DNA of 64,000 bases from Chthoniobacter flavus (GTDB taxonomy: Bacteria > Verrucomicrobiota > Verrucomicrobiia > Chthoniobacterales > JACTMZ01), in the NCBI GenBank assembly GCA_945870655.1, contig CAMBSX010000001.1, forward strand, positions 7,363-71,362. Direction: 5' to 3'. Every line of letters starts with the position of its first letter. Position 1 is the stretch's first letter. Made by a program: the position numbers and the translations under genes. Below are positions 1-8,770 of the stretch, piece after piece. The notes below the pieces were generated by a model. The model saw only the letters and a list, made by a program, of their open reading frames with translations, ran no database searches and was not told the origin of the DNA.

Positions 1-307
1 GCGCGGATTCATCCTCAAGAAGGGTGATGCCCGCTTTCTGCGCCAGGCGGCGGACCGCAGTGGCGAAGTCAACGCGCTCATATTCCATGACGAACTTGAA
101 AATGCTGCCTCCGGCGCCGCAGCCGAAGCAGTAGTAGGCCTGCTTTTGCGGACTGACATGGAAAGAAGGCGATTTCTCGCGGTGGAACGGGCAGAGCGCG
201 CGCCAACTCGAACCGGCCCGCTTCAGCGGGAAGTAGCCGCCGATGATTTCGACGATGTCGCTGGCGGCGGCGACGCGCTCGATGCTTTCCTCGGCGATGC
301 GGGGCAT
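1..307 (-). CDS. dnaG: DNA primase DnaG, N-terminal part (gene runs off the left window edge)
   Basis: Not in the ORF track because it is truncated by the window edge. Reverse translation from the ATG (complement of 305-307) gives [82 protein letters not shown]. This is the CHC2 zinc-finger N-terminus typical of DnaG (CPFH.EK.PSF ... CFGCG). Confidence 0.8.
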   Translation of the reverse strand, partial: [102 protein letters not shown]

Positions 308-386
308 GGACCGGAGTTTAGCGGACGGCGCAACCCGCGGCGCGCGAATTCGCCCGATTGGGCTTGAGGGTGGCTCCGGCGCGGTG

Positions 387-1838
387 ATGATCGGGGTCAT
401 GAGGTTCTTCCTGCTCTTGGTCTTCCTGACTGCGGTGCCGTTCGCGGGGGCGCAAGTTGCCACGCCGGACAAGTCACCAGCCGAATCCCTCCCCGAGGTG
501 CGGAAACTCGACGGGGAGGTGCCCGAAGGCGCGGTGGTGGTCATTCCGCTCAAGGGGGAGGTCTCCAAAGCCCAGTTCTTCTTCCTCCGTCGGGTGATCA
601 AAGGGGGCGAGGCGGCCAATGCCTCGGCCTACATCCTCGATATGGATACCCCGGGCGGGGAGTTGGGCGCGGCGGTGGATATTTTGCAGGCCCTGAAGAA
701 GGTGAAAGCTCCGACTTACACCTACGTCGATCCCAATGCCGGTTCGGCCGGAGCCCTTATTGCGCTCGGGACGAAGCATATCTGGATGGCTCCGGTCAGC
801 GCGATCGGCGCGGCGGCTCCGGTCATGGGCGGGGGGCAGGAAATCCCCGAGACCCTCAACGCGAAAATCGTGTCATATTATTCCGGCTATTTCCGCAGCG
901 CGGCGGAGAACAGCGGGCACAATCCGGAACTTGCCGAGGCTTTTATCAACAAGGAAAAGGGCGTGAAGGTCCGCGGCAAGGTGATCACGGAGGACGGCGA
1001 GCTGCTCACCCTGAGTGCACAGGAGGCGGTGGAAAAAATCGGCGGCAAACCGCTCCTGGCCCAAGGCATCGCGGCCTCGGTGGCCGAGCTGGTCCGCGAT
1101 GCCGGTTTGAAGGGCCCGGTGGTCGAAGCCGAGCCGAGCGGTTTTGAGCGGGCAGCACTGATCATCACCATGTTGGCGCCCTTGTTCCTGCTCGGCGGAA
1201 TTGTCGGCACTTACATCGAATTCAAATCGCCCGGCTTCGGCGTGCCGGGCGTGTTGGCCGGAGTTTGTTTTCTCCTTTTCTTCGCGGGGCACTATGTCGC
1301 CGGGCTAACCGGAATGGAGGTTGCGGCATTTTTTGTGCTCGGAGTCATCCTTGTCTTGCTCGAGTTGATCTTTATTCCGGGGATTGTGGTGCTGGCCTTG
1401 GTCGGGACCCTGTTGATGTTCGGATCCTTGCTCTGGGCCATGGTCGACTACTATCCGACGGCACCGGAATGGCCGTCCCTCGATCTGTTCCTTCTTCCCT
1501 TGGCCAATCTCGGGGTGGCCATCGGGCTGGCCGGAGTGGCGATCTTTTTGCTCGCGCAATTTTTTCCGAAAATACCGGTCTTGCGGCGCTTGGTTCTCAC
1601 GGCGAGCGAGCCGGGCGGAGGGTCACTGACCATGGATGAACCTGGTGCTGCGCGTTGGCCGGTGGGTGCGGGGGACAAGGGAAAAGCGATCTCCATGTTG
1701 CGGCCGGTGGGGCGGGCGGAGTTTGCGGGCGAGATGATCAGCGCGCGCAGCGAAGGAGACTTTATTGCGCCCGGCACCCCGGTGGTTGCCTTGAGGGTTG
1801 AAGGCAGCGAAGTGGTGGTGGCAAGAGCCGAGGCTTAA
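387..1838 (+). CDS. NfeD-family membrane-bound ClpP-class serine protease (long form)
   Basis: ORF 243..1838 trimmed to ATG 387 (MIGVMRFFLLLVFLTAVPFAGA, signal/TM). It has an N-terminal ClpP-like region (DMDTPGGE, AGSAGALIALG), a central cluster of hydrophobic helices and a soluble C-terminal tail. This is the long NfeD architecture. The start codon (387 vs 399) is uncertain. Confidence 0.75.
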   Translation: MIGVMRFFLLLVFLTAVPFAGAQVATPDKSPAESLPEVRKLDGEVPEGAVVVIPLKGEVSKAQFFFLRRVIKGGEAANASAYILDMDTPGGELGAAVDILQALKKVKAPTYTYVDPNAGSAGALIALGTKHIWMAPVSAIGAAAPVMGGGQEIPETLNAKIVSYYSGYFRSAAENSGHNPELAEAFINKEKGVKVRGKVITEDGELLTLSAQEAVEKIGGKPLLAQGIAASVAELVRDAGLKGPVVEAEPSGFERAALIITMLAPLFLLGGIVGTYIEFKSPGFGVPGVLAGVCFLLFFAGHYVAGLTGMEVAAFFVLGVILVLLELIFIPGIVVLALVGTLLMFGSLLWAMVDYYPTAPEWPSLDLFLLPLANLGVAIGLAGVAIFLLAQFFPKIPVLRRLVLTASEPGGGSLTMDEPGAARWPVGAGDKGKAISMLRPVGRAEFAGEMISARSEGDFIAPGTPVVALRVEGSEVVVARAEA

Positions 1839-1904
1839 CAGCAGGCGTCGGGTGGGCAGGCTCGGACTCTGGCCGCGCGTAAGGGGCTGATCGTTTGCGT
1901 TGCT

Positions 1905-2102
1905 TCAGCCGCCGGCCACCATGCGGATGATTTCTAGGCGGTCGCCCTCCTGCAGCCCAGTCTCGGCCCACTCCGAGCGGAGGAGCGCGGCGCCGTTGTG
2001 TTCGACCAGGGCGGCGGCAAGAGGAAGGCCGAGTTCCGCGACCAGTGCCTCGACATTTGTCGCGTTCACCCCGCGTTCTTGTCCATTGAGGCGCAGTTTC
2101 AT
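1905..2102 (-). CDS. thiS: Sulfur-carrier protein ThiS
   Basis: ORF 1905..2243 trimmed to ATG 2102. MKLRLNGQE...GDRLEIIRMVAGG is 65 aa and ends in Gly-Gly. Its start overlaps the thiH stop by 4 nt. Confidence 0.85.
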   Translation of the reverse strand: MKLRLNGQERGVNATNVEALVAELGLPLAAALVEHNGAALLRSEWAETGLQEGDRLEIIRMVAGG

Positions 2103-3259
2103 GTTGCCAGAATGGCTTGGTCCCAGTCTTTCCAGACCGGATCGAGCCCGAGGTCGCGCAACTGTGCCGCGACCAAGTGTGGGGCGCGCTGATCGGAGAT
2201 GGAAAATTGCTCGGTGGCCAGCGCGCCGTCCGGCGCGTCGCAAGTCATGGCCCGACCGCGCACGGTGAGATGGAGATTGTCGTGCCCGAGTCCGGTGTAA
2301 CCGCCGGGTTCGGTGTGGCTGCCGGCGCTCATCATGGTGATTCCGAGCGGTGCGACGGCATCGCGCAGCGCGGCGGGTTCACGCGTGCTCAAAACGATGC
2401 CGGTGCGCGGGAAGTGGAGGCGGAAAGCGCAGAGCAGTTGGACAAAATCACGGTCATTGATCGGGTGCGCGGGTTGGAAATCACCGGCGGCGGGACGCAG
2501 GCGGGGGAAGCTAACCGTAAAGTGGGCTTTCCAGCAGGTGCGAAGGAGGTGATCAAGATGGGCGGCCAAGGCGATGGCCTCTTCGCGCCAATCCCACAAA
2601 CCAAAAAGCACCCCGATGCCGATACGTCGGAAACCGGCGGCGTGCCCGCGTTCCGGGCAGGCCAGCCGCCAGTCGTAGTCCTTTTTCGGCCCGGCAAGGT
2701 GCATGCGTGCGTAGGTCGGGCGGTGGTAAGTTTCCTGATAAACGACAAGTCCTTCCGCCCCGGCTCGGACGAGAGGAAGGTAATCGGGAGCTTCCATCGG
2801 AGCGACTTCGATCGAGAGCGAGGGGATTTCCGGGGCAAGAGTGCGGAGGACTTTTTCGAGGTAACCGTTGGAAACAAATTTGGGGTGCTCGCCGGCCACC
2901 AAGAGAATGTTGCGGAAGCCCTGGGCGGCGAGGTGGCGGGCTTCGGCCCGGACTTGTTCGGCCTCGAGGGTAACGCGGAGGATGGCGTTTTCGCGCGAAA
3001 AGCCGCAGTACGAGCAACTATTGATGCACTCGTTGGAGAGATAAAGCGGGGCGAAAAGGCGGACCGTCCGGCCAAAGTGGCGGCGTGTCATGGCCCGGGA
3101 GCGGCGCGCCATTTCTTCCAACCGGTCGTCGTCGGCCGGGGCCAAATCGCGGGCCAAGGCCGACACTGCCGGGGTGAGGGGCAGGCCAAGCGGGGCGAGA
3201 ACTTCCGCGGGATCAGGTTGGCGGAAGAGAGGTGCGTGCATCGGGGTCGGATAGTTCAC
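2099..3259 (-). CDS. thiH: 2-iminoacetate synthase ThiH (radical SAM tyrosine lyase)
   Basis: 386 aa. The radical-SAM cluster motif PLYLSNECINSCSYCGF sits about 75 residues from the N-terminus, as in E. coli ThiH. The gene is translationally coupled to thiS. Confidence 0.85.
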   Translation of the reverse strand: MNYPTPMHAPLFRQPDPAEVLAPLGLPLTPAVSALARDLAPADDDRLEEMARRSRAMTRRHFGRTVRLFAPLYLSNECINSCSYCGFSRENAILRVTLEAEQVRAEARHLAAQGFRNILLVAGEHPKFVSNGYLEKVLRTLAPEIPSLSIEVAPMEAPDYLPLVRAGAEGLVVYQETYHRPTYARMHLAGPKKDYDWRLACPERGHAAGFRRIGIGVLFGLWDWREEAIALAAHLDHLLRTCWKAHFTVSFPRLRPAAGDFQPAHPINDRDFVQLLCAFRLHFPRTGIVLSTREPAALRDAVAPLGITMMSAGSHTEPGGYTGLGHDNLHLTVRGRAMTCDAPDGALATEQFSISDQRAPHLVAAQLRDLGLDPVWKDWDQAILAT

Positions 3260-3273
3260 CGGGTTTTCCTTTT

Positions 3274-3300
3274 TTGCAATTGCAAGACCGGCCTCCGGTC
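3274..3300. promoter_or_regulatory. Two adjacent palindromes in the 77-bp divergent thiH/prs intergenic region (candidate operator or structure)
   Basis: TTGCAATTGCAA (3274-3285) is a perfect 12-bp palindrome. It is followed immediately by GACCGG-CCT-CCGGTC (3286-3300). No function is known. Confidence 0.25.
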
Positions 3301-3336
3301 GGGGAACATTGGTTCATGTTACGCGGAAAAGCAGAT

Positions 3337-4278
3337 ATGAGACTCCTCGCCGGCACGGCGCACCCGCAACTGGCCAAGGACATTGCCGACTACATCGGCG
3401 TGCCACTGGGCGACGCCACGGTGAGCTCTTTTCCCGACGGGGAGACCTTCGTCAAAATCAACGAGAACGTGCGTGGGCGCGATGTTTTTATCATCCAGCC
3501 GACGTGCCCGCCGACCAACCAGAATTTGATGGAATTGCTCATTCTGGTCGATGCGGCAAGGCGGGCCAGCGCGGCGCGCATTACCGCGGTGATTCCATTT
3601 TTCGGCTACGCGCGACAGGACCGCAAAGACCAACCGCGCGTCCCGATCACGGCGAAGCTGGTGGCAAACCTCATCGTGGCCGCCGGCGTGAACCGCTTGC
3701 TCACCATGGACCTGCATGCCCAGCAGTTGCAGGGTTTTTTTGATATTCCGGTCGACCACCTTTATGCCCTGCCCGTCCTGATCAAGCACCTGCAGAAAAA
3801 AAATATTCCCGACCTCGTGGTTGTTTCACCCGACGTGGGTGGTGTGAAAATGGCTTCGGCCTACGCGCAGGTGCTCGGTGCCGGCCTGGCCATCGTGGTC
3901 AAGCGCCGGATCAGCGCGACCGAAACCGAGGCCCAGCACGTCATCGGCGAAGTGGAGGGCAAAAATGTTCTCCTGGTTGACGACCTGACCGAAACAGCCG
4001 GCACCCTGGCTGGCGCGGCACGCATCCTGCGTGCTGCGGGGGCGAAGGATATTTATGCCATGGTCTCCCACGCCGTGCTGGTCGACGTCGCGGCCCAGCG
4101 CCTGCGGGAGTCGGATATCAAGGAATTGGTGGCCACGGACAGTGTGCCGGTGCCGAAATTGGAGGGCTGCCCGTTGACCATTTGTTCGGTCGCCAGCCTG
4201 TTGGGCGAGGGGATCAAAAGAATTCACGAGGATGAGTCCGTGACTTCTTTGTTTGAAATCAACGGGCGATCTGTCTAG
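3337..4278 (+). CDS. prs: Ribose-phosphate pyrophosphokinase (PRPP synthetase)
   Basis: ORF 3232..4278 trimmed to ATG 3337 (MRLLAGTAHPQLAKDIADYIG). Motifs: FGYARQDRK, MDLHAQQLQGFFDIPVDHL, VVSPDVGGVK, LVDDLTETAGTL. Confidence 0.95.
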   Translation: MRLLAGTAHPQLAKDIADYIGVPLGDATVSSFPDGETFVKINENVRGRDVFIIQPTCPPTNQNLMELLILVDAARRASAARITAVIPFFGYARQDRKDQPRVPITAKLVANLIVAAGVNRLLTMDLHAQQLQGFFDIPVDHLYALPVLIKHLQKKNIPDLVVVSPDVGGVKMASAYAQVLGAGLAIVVKRRISATETEAQHVIGEVEGKNVLLVDDLTETAGTLAGAARILRAAGAKDIYAMVSHAVLVDVAAQRLRESDIKELVATDSVPVPKLEGCPLTICSVASLLGEGIKRIHEDESVTSLFEINGRSV

Positions 4279-4291
4279 TGTCCCGGCCCTT

Positions 4292-4963
4292 ATGTCGAAC
4301 CAAGTCAGTCTGAAGGCCACGGGCCGCACAGCCCTCGGGCGCAACGCCGTTAAACAATTGAAGGCCGCCAAGGCCGTGCCCGCCATTCTCTACGGCCACG
4401 GGATCGAGCCCCAGCCCCTGCAAGTCGAACGCCGGGCCATCGACACATTGTTGTCCCATGCGGTGGGCGAAAACATCTTGGTCAACCTCGAAATCGAAGA
4501 CGGTGGCAAACCCGGCGGCCGTCTTGCTTTGATCAACGAAGTGCAACACCATCCGGTCACCCGCCTCGTTCTTCACATCGACTTCCAAGCTGTTTCGATG
4601 AACGAAACTCTTGTCGCCGAGGTGGTGATTGAACCGTTCGGCGAATCGGCCGGGGTCAAAACCGGCGGCGGCCTGCTTGAGCAAAACGTGCGTATGGTCG
4701 AGGTCGAGTGCTTGCCCAAAGACCTGCCGGAACTGATTCGCGTCGACGTGAGCGGGCTCGGCTTGGGCGCCTCGCTGCACATTAGTGATCTTCCGGCCAT
4801 ACCCGGCGTGAAATATCTGGCCGATGGTGGGGTCACTGTGTTTCTGGTCTCCGAACCGAAGGTGGCCGACGATGCTGCAGCGACAGAAGGCGGACCTTCG
4901 GAGCCTGAGGTGATCAAGGAGAAGAAGCCGCAGGAAGGCGAGGCCAAGGAAGGGTCCAAGTAG
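4292..4963 (+). CDS. rplY: 50S ribosomal protein L25 / general stress protein Ctc
   Basis: ORF 4253..4963 trimmed to ATG 4292. It has the L25 N-terminal domain (TGRTALGRNAVKQLKAAKAVPAILYG) plus the Ctc-type C-terminal domain and an acidic/lysine-rich tail. It lies in the classical prs-ctc-pth neighbourhood. Confidence 0.9.
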   Translation: MSNQVSLKATGRTALGRNAVKQLKAAKAVPAILYGHGIEPQPLQVERRAIDTLLSHAVGENILVNLEIEDGGKPGGRLALINEVQHHPVTRLVLHIDFQAVSMNETLVAEVVIEPFGESAGVKTGGGLLEQNVRMVEVECLPKDLPELIRVDVSGLGLGASLHISDLPAIPGVKYLADGGVTVFLVSEPKVADDAAATEGGPSEPEVIKEKKPQEGEAKEGSK

Positions 4964-4975
4964 CCCGCGACCCGG

Positions 4976-5545
4976 ATGGATGCCGGCGCCCCGACATGGC
5001 TGGTCGCCGGTTTGGGCAATCCCGGGGCCCGCTACGCGCGTACGCGGCACAACATTGGTTGGCTCGCACTCGATGCGCTGGCCACCGAACCGTTCCGCGG
5101 GGAAAAGCGTTTTGACGGCGATGTTTCGCGCACCGAGGGCGCCTGGCTGCTTAAACCGACCACCTTCATGAACTTGAGCGGCGTGGCCGTGCGGGCCATG
5201 GCCGACTTTTACAAAATCCCCCATGAGCGCGTTTTGGTCGTGCTCGACGATGCCGCGCTGGCCTTCGGGCGGCTGCGGATCCGGCCGACGGGCAGTGCGG
5301 GAAGCCACAACGGACTGGAGTCCGTCCTGGTGCATTTCGCCACGGCGGACGTGCCGCGCCTCCGCTTGGGGATCGGCAATCCGCCGCCGCCCATGGCTTT
5401 GACCGATTACGTGCTTGCGCTTTTCACCCCCGAAGAAGAGGTGGCTTTGGGCGCACTAATGGACCGTGCGGCCGCCTCAATTCGCGTCATTCTGAAAAAC
5501 GGGCTTGCCGCAGCGATGAATGAGTTCAATAAAGAAGGATTATGA
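4976..5545 (+). CDS. pth: Peptidyl-tRNA hydrolase
   Basis: Motifs: WLVAGLGNPGARYARTRHNIGW, TFMNLSGVAV, GSAGSHNGLES. Confidence 0.95.
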   Translation: MDAGAPTWLVAGLGNPGARYARTRHNIGWLALDALATEPFRGEKRFDGDVSRTEGAWLLKPTTFMNLSGVAVRAMADFYKIPHERVLVVLDDAALAFGRLRIRPTGSAGSHNGLESVLVHFATADVPRLRLGIGNPPPPMALTDYVLALFTPEEEVALGALMDRAAASIRVILKNGLAAAMNEFNKEGL

Positions 5546-5850
5546 CCAAACGACGTTACGAAGTGCTGCTGGTGCTCAACACCAAAGGGAAAGAGGAATC
5601 GGTCAATGACCTGATCGAAACCGTGGAGAAACAAATCAAGGCCGAAGGGATCGAACTCGAGCAGACCCAACGTCTGGAGAAGCGTCATTTTGCCTACGTC
5701 AGTCGCAAGCAGACCTCCGGCTACTATGTGAATTTCATCGTCCATGCCGAACCGGCCCAGATCGAGGCCCTGCAATCGAAATGGAAGCTCGATTCGGTCG
5801 TGCATTTGCAACACTACCAGAAACTGAAACCTGTCGCGCAGGCGGCCTGA
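5542..5850 (+). CDS. rpsF: 30S ribosomal protein S6
   Basis: MTKRRYEVLLVLNTKGKEE..., 102 aa. The start overlaps the pth stop (ATGA). It lies directly upstream of ssb, as in many bacteria. Confidence 0.85.
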   Translation: MTKRRYEVLLVLNTKGKEESVNDLIETVEKQIKAEGIELEQTQRLEKRHFAYVSRKQTSGYYVNFIVHAEPAQIEALQSKWKLDSVVHLQHYQKLKPVAQAA

Positions 5851-5861
5851 CCTCTACCACC

Positions 5862-6311
5862 ATGGCTTCCTACAACCGAGTCGTCCTCCTGGGAAATTGC
5901 ACCCGCGATCCCGAGGTCAAATACACGCCGAAGGGCACTGCGGTGACCGAACTCGGCCTTGCGGTCAACCGTTACTATTCGACGGACGGCGGCGAGAAGC
6001 GCGAGGAAACGACGTTTGTCGACGTCACTCTTTGGGGCCGCCCGGCAGAAATCGCCGGGGAGTATATCAAGAAAGGCCGTCCCGTGATGATCGAGGGCCG
6101 CTTGCAGCTCGACACCTGGGACGACAAGCAGACCGGGCAGAAGCGCTCCAAGCTCAAAGTCATCGGGGAAAACCTCCAACTTCTCGGCGGACGCGATGCC
6201 GGTGAAGGCGGCGGCGGCGGTGGTGGTGGCAGCCGGTCGGGCGGGGCCAACAAGCCGGCCAAGGCTTCAACCGCTTCGGAAGAGCCCTCCGACGACGATA
6301 TCCCGTTTTAA
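5862..6311 (+). CDS. ssb: Single-stranded DNA-binding protein
   Basis: ORF 5781..6311 trimmed to ATG 5862. It has the OB fold (MASYNRVVLLGNCTRDPEVKYTPKGTAVTELGLAVNR), a Gly-rich linker and the acidic C-terminal tip DDDIPF. Confidence 0.95.
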   Translation: MASYNRVVLLGNCTRDPEVKYTPKGTAVTELGLAVNRYYSTDGGEKREETTFVDVTLWGRPAEIAGEYIKKGRPVMIEGRLQLDTWDDKQTGQKRSKLKVIGENLQLLGGRDAGEGGGGGGGGSRSGGANKPAKASTASEEPSDDDIPF

Positions 6312-6338
6312 GCGGCGCGTCACCTCGAGGCGGGCCAA

Positions 6339-7175
6339 TCAAGCTCCACGCTCTTCCGGGGCGCTTTCCTCGTCCTCACCGAGTTCGGTCTCGATCTCAC
6401 GTCGCCAAGCCTGGGAGAGAAGCGGCCGGGCCATTCCGTAGAGCAGGTAGGCAATGAAGATCATGGCCGGCATCCACTCGTAGTTCATCACGGTGAAAAT
6501 GAGCACGACGATGATGCCGAGGAATTTTGGAATGGAGCGCCGCGTGCGCCAATTGACCGCCTTGAAGCTCGGGTAGCGCACTTTGCTGAACATCATGAAG
6601 GAAAGGAAAAGCATGAGCGGGGGCAGAGCTAATTTCCACGGCCCGATGGTTTTCTCCCCGGCATCGAGCCAGAGCATGAACAGGGTGAGCGAGGCAATAA
6701 GCCCCGCGGCCGCCGGAATGGGAAAGCCCTCGAAGTCCTTGTGCGCCGCATCCTCCCCGCGCTGCGCCGCCAGGCAATTGAACCGTGCGAGACGCAGGGC
6801 GCCGCAGGCGAGATAGACAAAAGCGATGAGCATGCCGTAACGATCGAAATCGCGGAGCACGATGTGGAAGGTGAGCAGGGCAGGGGCGACGCCGAAGGAG
6901 ACAATGTCGGCCAGCGAATCGAATTCGCGCCCGAAGGCGCTTTCATTCCCCCCGAGCCGGGCGAGCCGTCCGTCGAGCAAGTCAAAGACGCAGGCGCCGA
7001 GGATGAACCAGATCGCGGTGTGGATCTGCCCCGCGGGATTCAGGCCGGCATTCATCTGGATAACCGCGTCGAGGATGTTAAGCACGGCGGCGAACCCGCA
7101 GAAAAGGTTGCCGGCGGTCATGAGATTGGGCAGGAGGTAAATCCTCGCCGCTTGGTTGTCCGGGCCGGGGTTCAT
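6339..7175 (-). CDS. pssA: CDP-diacylglycerol--serine O-phosphatidyltransferase
   Basis: ORF 6339..7379 trimmed to ATG 7175 (MNPGPDNQAARIYLLPNLMTAGNLFCG). It carries the CDP-alcohol phosphatidyltransferase motif DGRLARLGGNESAFGREFDSLADIVSFGVAPA and multiple TM helices. The start overlaps the psd stop. Confidence 0.9.
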   Translation of the reverse strand: MNPGPDNQAARIYLLPNLMTAGNLFCGFAAVLNILDAVIQMNAGLNPAGQIHTAIWFILGACVFDLLDGRLARLGGNESAFGREFDSLADIVSFGVAPALLTFHIVLRDFDRYGMLIAFVYLACGALRLARFNCLAAQRGEDAAHKDFEGFPIPAAAGLIASLTLFMLWLDAGEKTIGPWKLALPPLMLFLSFMMFSKVRYPSFKAVNWRTRRSIPKFLGIIVVLIFTVMNYEWMPAMIFIAYLLYGMARPLLSQAWRREIETELGEDEESAPEERGA

Positions 7176-7862
7176 CGTGGGTTGGAGGGTGGCCGGAGGG
7201 CGGCATCGCTCCCTTCGCCGGGGGGCAGGCGGGCGATGATGGTACTGCCTCCCTTGACTCGGTCGCCGACCTGTACGGCGACCTCCGCCCCAAGCGGAAG
7301 ACAGATTTCGGTCCGTGACCCGAACCGGATCATGCCAAAGCGCTCGCCGCGGGCCAGTTGCTGCTCGGGCCGGGCCCAAGGGACGATGCGGCGCGCGATG
7401 GCCCCGGTGATCTGGCGCACCACCAGGATGACGCCGTCACGGCACTCGAAGCCCCAAGTCCGAGCCGTGTTGTGAGTCGAAGCCGCCGGACTGCGGGCAT
7501 CATGGTAGGTGCCTTCAAACTCCGCGGTGTAGACCACACGACAGTCCGCCGGGGCCCGATTGACGTGAACGTCGAAAACCGAAAGAAAAATGCCGATACG
7601 GCGGACCGGTTGTTTGATCCATTCTGTTTCCTCCATTTCCTGGATATCGGTGACGCGTCCGTCCGCCGGCGAAACAATAAGGCCCGCGCCGGGAGGCACC
7701 GTGCGGGACGGATCGCGAAAAAACCAGAGGGTGAAAACCAGGAGGGCGGCGGGAAGGATGGCCAACCATGGGGCCAGGATCCAAGCTGCGGCAGTCGCCG
7801 CGGCCAGAACGAGCAAGATCCATTTGCCCTGCCAGAGAGTAAGCCAAGTCATGCCAGGACGG
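7172..7862 (-). CDS. psd: Phosphatidylserine decarboxylase proenzyme (short form)
   Basis: ORF 7172..8536 trimmed to ATG 7862 (MTWLTLWQGKWILLVLAAA). The upstream 225 codons of that ORF are the antisense shadow of sufT. It has a short-type Psd core with the self-processing-type motif MIRFGSRTEICLP and is coupled to pssA. Confidence 0.85.
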
Positions 7863-7936
7863 AGCTTACACATCCACTGACAGGGGGCGAAACCATTTGA
7901 TTGGATTGCCCGCCACTGCCGGGTAGGTTGTCGGTC

Positions 7937-8494
7937 ATGGAACACCGCGAAATTACGCTGGTCCGCGACTGCCAAGTGGTTCTCATCCCGAGCGGTGAGG
8001 AGGCGACCCTTTCGGCCGGCAGTCCAGTCATTATCACCCAGTCGCTCGGCGGCACCTACACCGTGGCGACCCAGACGGGCCTGGCGCGCATCGCCGAGGC
8101 CGATGCCGATGCCTTGGGAATCGTGCCGGAAAAAAAAGAAACCGAAGGGAAGCCGGAAGGCGGTGCTGCGACGGGCGGCGAAGTGAAAGACGATGATGTC
8201 TGGACGCAGTTGAAAAACGTCTATGACCCCGAAATCCCGGTTAACATCGTGGACCTCGGGTTGGTTTATGATTTGATCCTTGGCCAGAGCGCCTCCGGAG
8301 GCACGACGGTGAATGTGAAAATGACCCTCACCGCGCCCGGTTGCGGCATGGGGCCGACCATCGCGGCCGATGCGCGGAGCCGCATCCTCACGGTGCCGGG
8401 GGTGGAGTCTGCCGAGGTGGACCTTGTCTGGTCGCCGCCTTGGAACCAAGGCATGATCACCGAGGCGGGGCGGATGAAATTGGGGCTGGTCTGA
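7937..8494 (+). CDS. sufT: Putative Fe-S cluster assembly protein SufT (DUF59-containing, long form)
   Basis: ORF 7901..8494 trimmed to ATG 7937. The C-terminal DUF59/MIP18 domain reads VWTQLKNVYDPEIPVNIVDLGLVYD ... MTLTAPGCGMGP ... VDLVWSPPW. An additional ~80-aa N-terminal domain matches the long SufT type. Confidence 0.7.
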   Translation: MEHREITLVRDCQVVLIPSGEEATLSAGSPVIITQSLGGTYTVATQTGLARIAEADADALGIVPEKKETEGKPEGGAATGGEVKDDDVWTQLKNVYDPEIPVNIVDLGLVYDLILGQSASGGTTVNVKMTLTAPGCGMGPTIAADARSRILTVPGVESAEVDLVWSPPWNQGMITEAGRMKLGLV

Positions 8495-8574
8495 GTGGGG
8501 AATCCGCGGTCTTTGCGGTTTGGCCGAGCTTTTCATTGGCAGGCGGCGGCGGAGCAGCTATGGTGACCGGTCTT

Positions 8575-8730
8575 ATGAGTCAGCACAGAAGTCTCCGCGG
8601 CCAAGGCGCTATCAAGGCGAAGCGCAATGTTCTCAAGCGTTTCGAGCGCGTCGAAGTGCTGAAAAAGCGCGGACAGTTCAAAGAAGGCCAGAGCGTCCTC
8701 GGCCTAAAGAAGACCAAACCGGACGATTGA
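8575..8730 (+). CDS. Small basic protein (Verrucomicrobia/Planctomycetes-type, ~51 aa)
   Basis: This is the tail of ORF 8341..8730: MSQHRSLRGQGAIKAKRNVLKRFERVEVLKKRGQFKEGQSVLGLKKTKPDD. It matches my recollection of the 'small basic protein' family (NVLKRFERVE.LKKRG). An alternative ATG lies at 8560. Confidence 0.55.
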   Translation: MSQHRSLRGQGAIKAKRNVLKRFERVEVLKKRGQFKEGQSVLGLKKTKPDD

Positions 8731-8770
8731 TCGTCGCGGCGGGTTGCCCTGCGGCAACCGGAGCCGGTCC

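Noticed and set aside
3260-3336. Looked for a TPP (THI-box) riboswitch upstream of thiH.
   Set aside because: The leader is too short (77 nt). I could not find the conserved CUGAGA or ACCUGAUCUGGAUAAUGCCAGCG-like elements on the thiH strand. It is reported only as an absence that needs an Infernal check.
2117-3340. The 407-aa plus-strand ORF opposite thiH. Similar long antisense ORFs lie at 4259..5335, 8777..9949, 11051..12319, 12130..13428, 13456..14592, 20926..22089, 30818..32086, 33988..34968, 36614..37666, 41285..42508 and 59210..60196.
   Set aside because: Each lies opposite a gene with strong family signatures (thiH, rplY/pth, rsuA-like/ridA, nusA, infB, TIGR03790-like, TPR, uvrA, transglutaminase-like, aminotransferase, HlyD). 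High GC suppresses stop codons in antisense frames. None shows a recognisable domain.
6207-6230. A GGC/GGT triplet run that looks like a tandem repeat.
   Set aside because: It encodes the Gly-rich flexible linker (GEGGGGGGGGSRSGG) normal for SSB proteins. It is not an independent repeat element.
8130-8137. An A8 homopolymer inside sufT, a possible slippage or frameshift site.
   Set aside because: The reading frame is intact across it and it encodes Lys-Lys in a low-complexity linker (PEKKETEGKPEG). There is no second frame with coding potential downstream.
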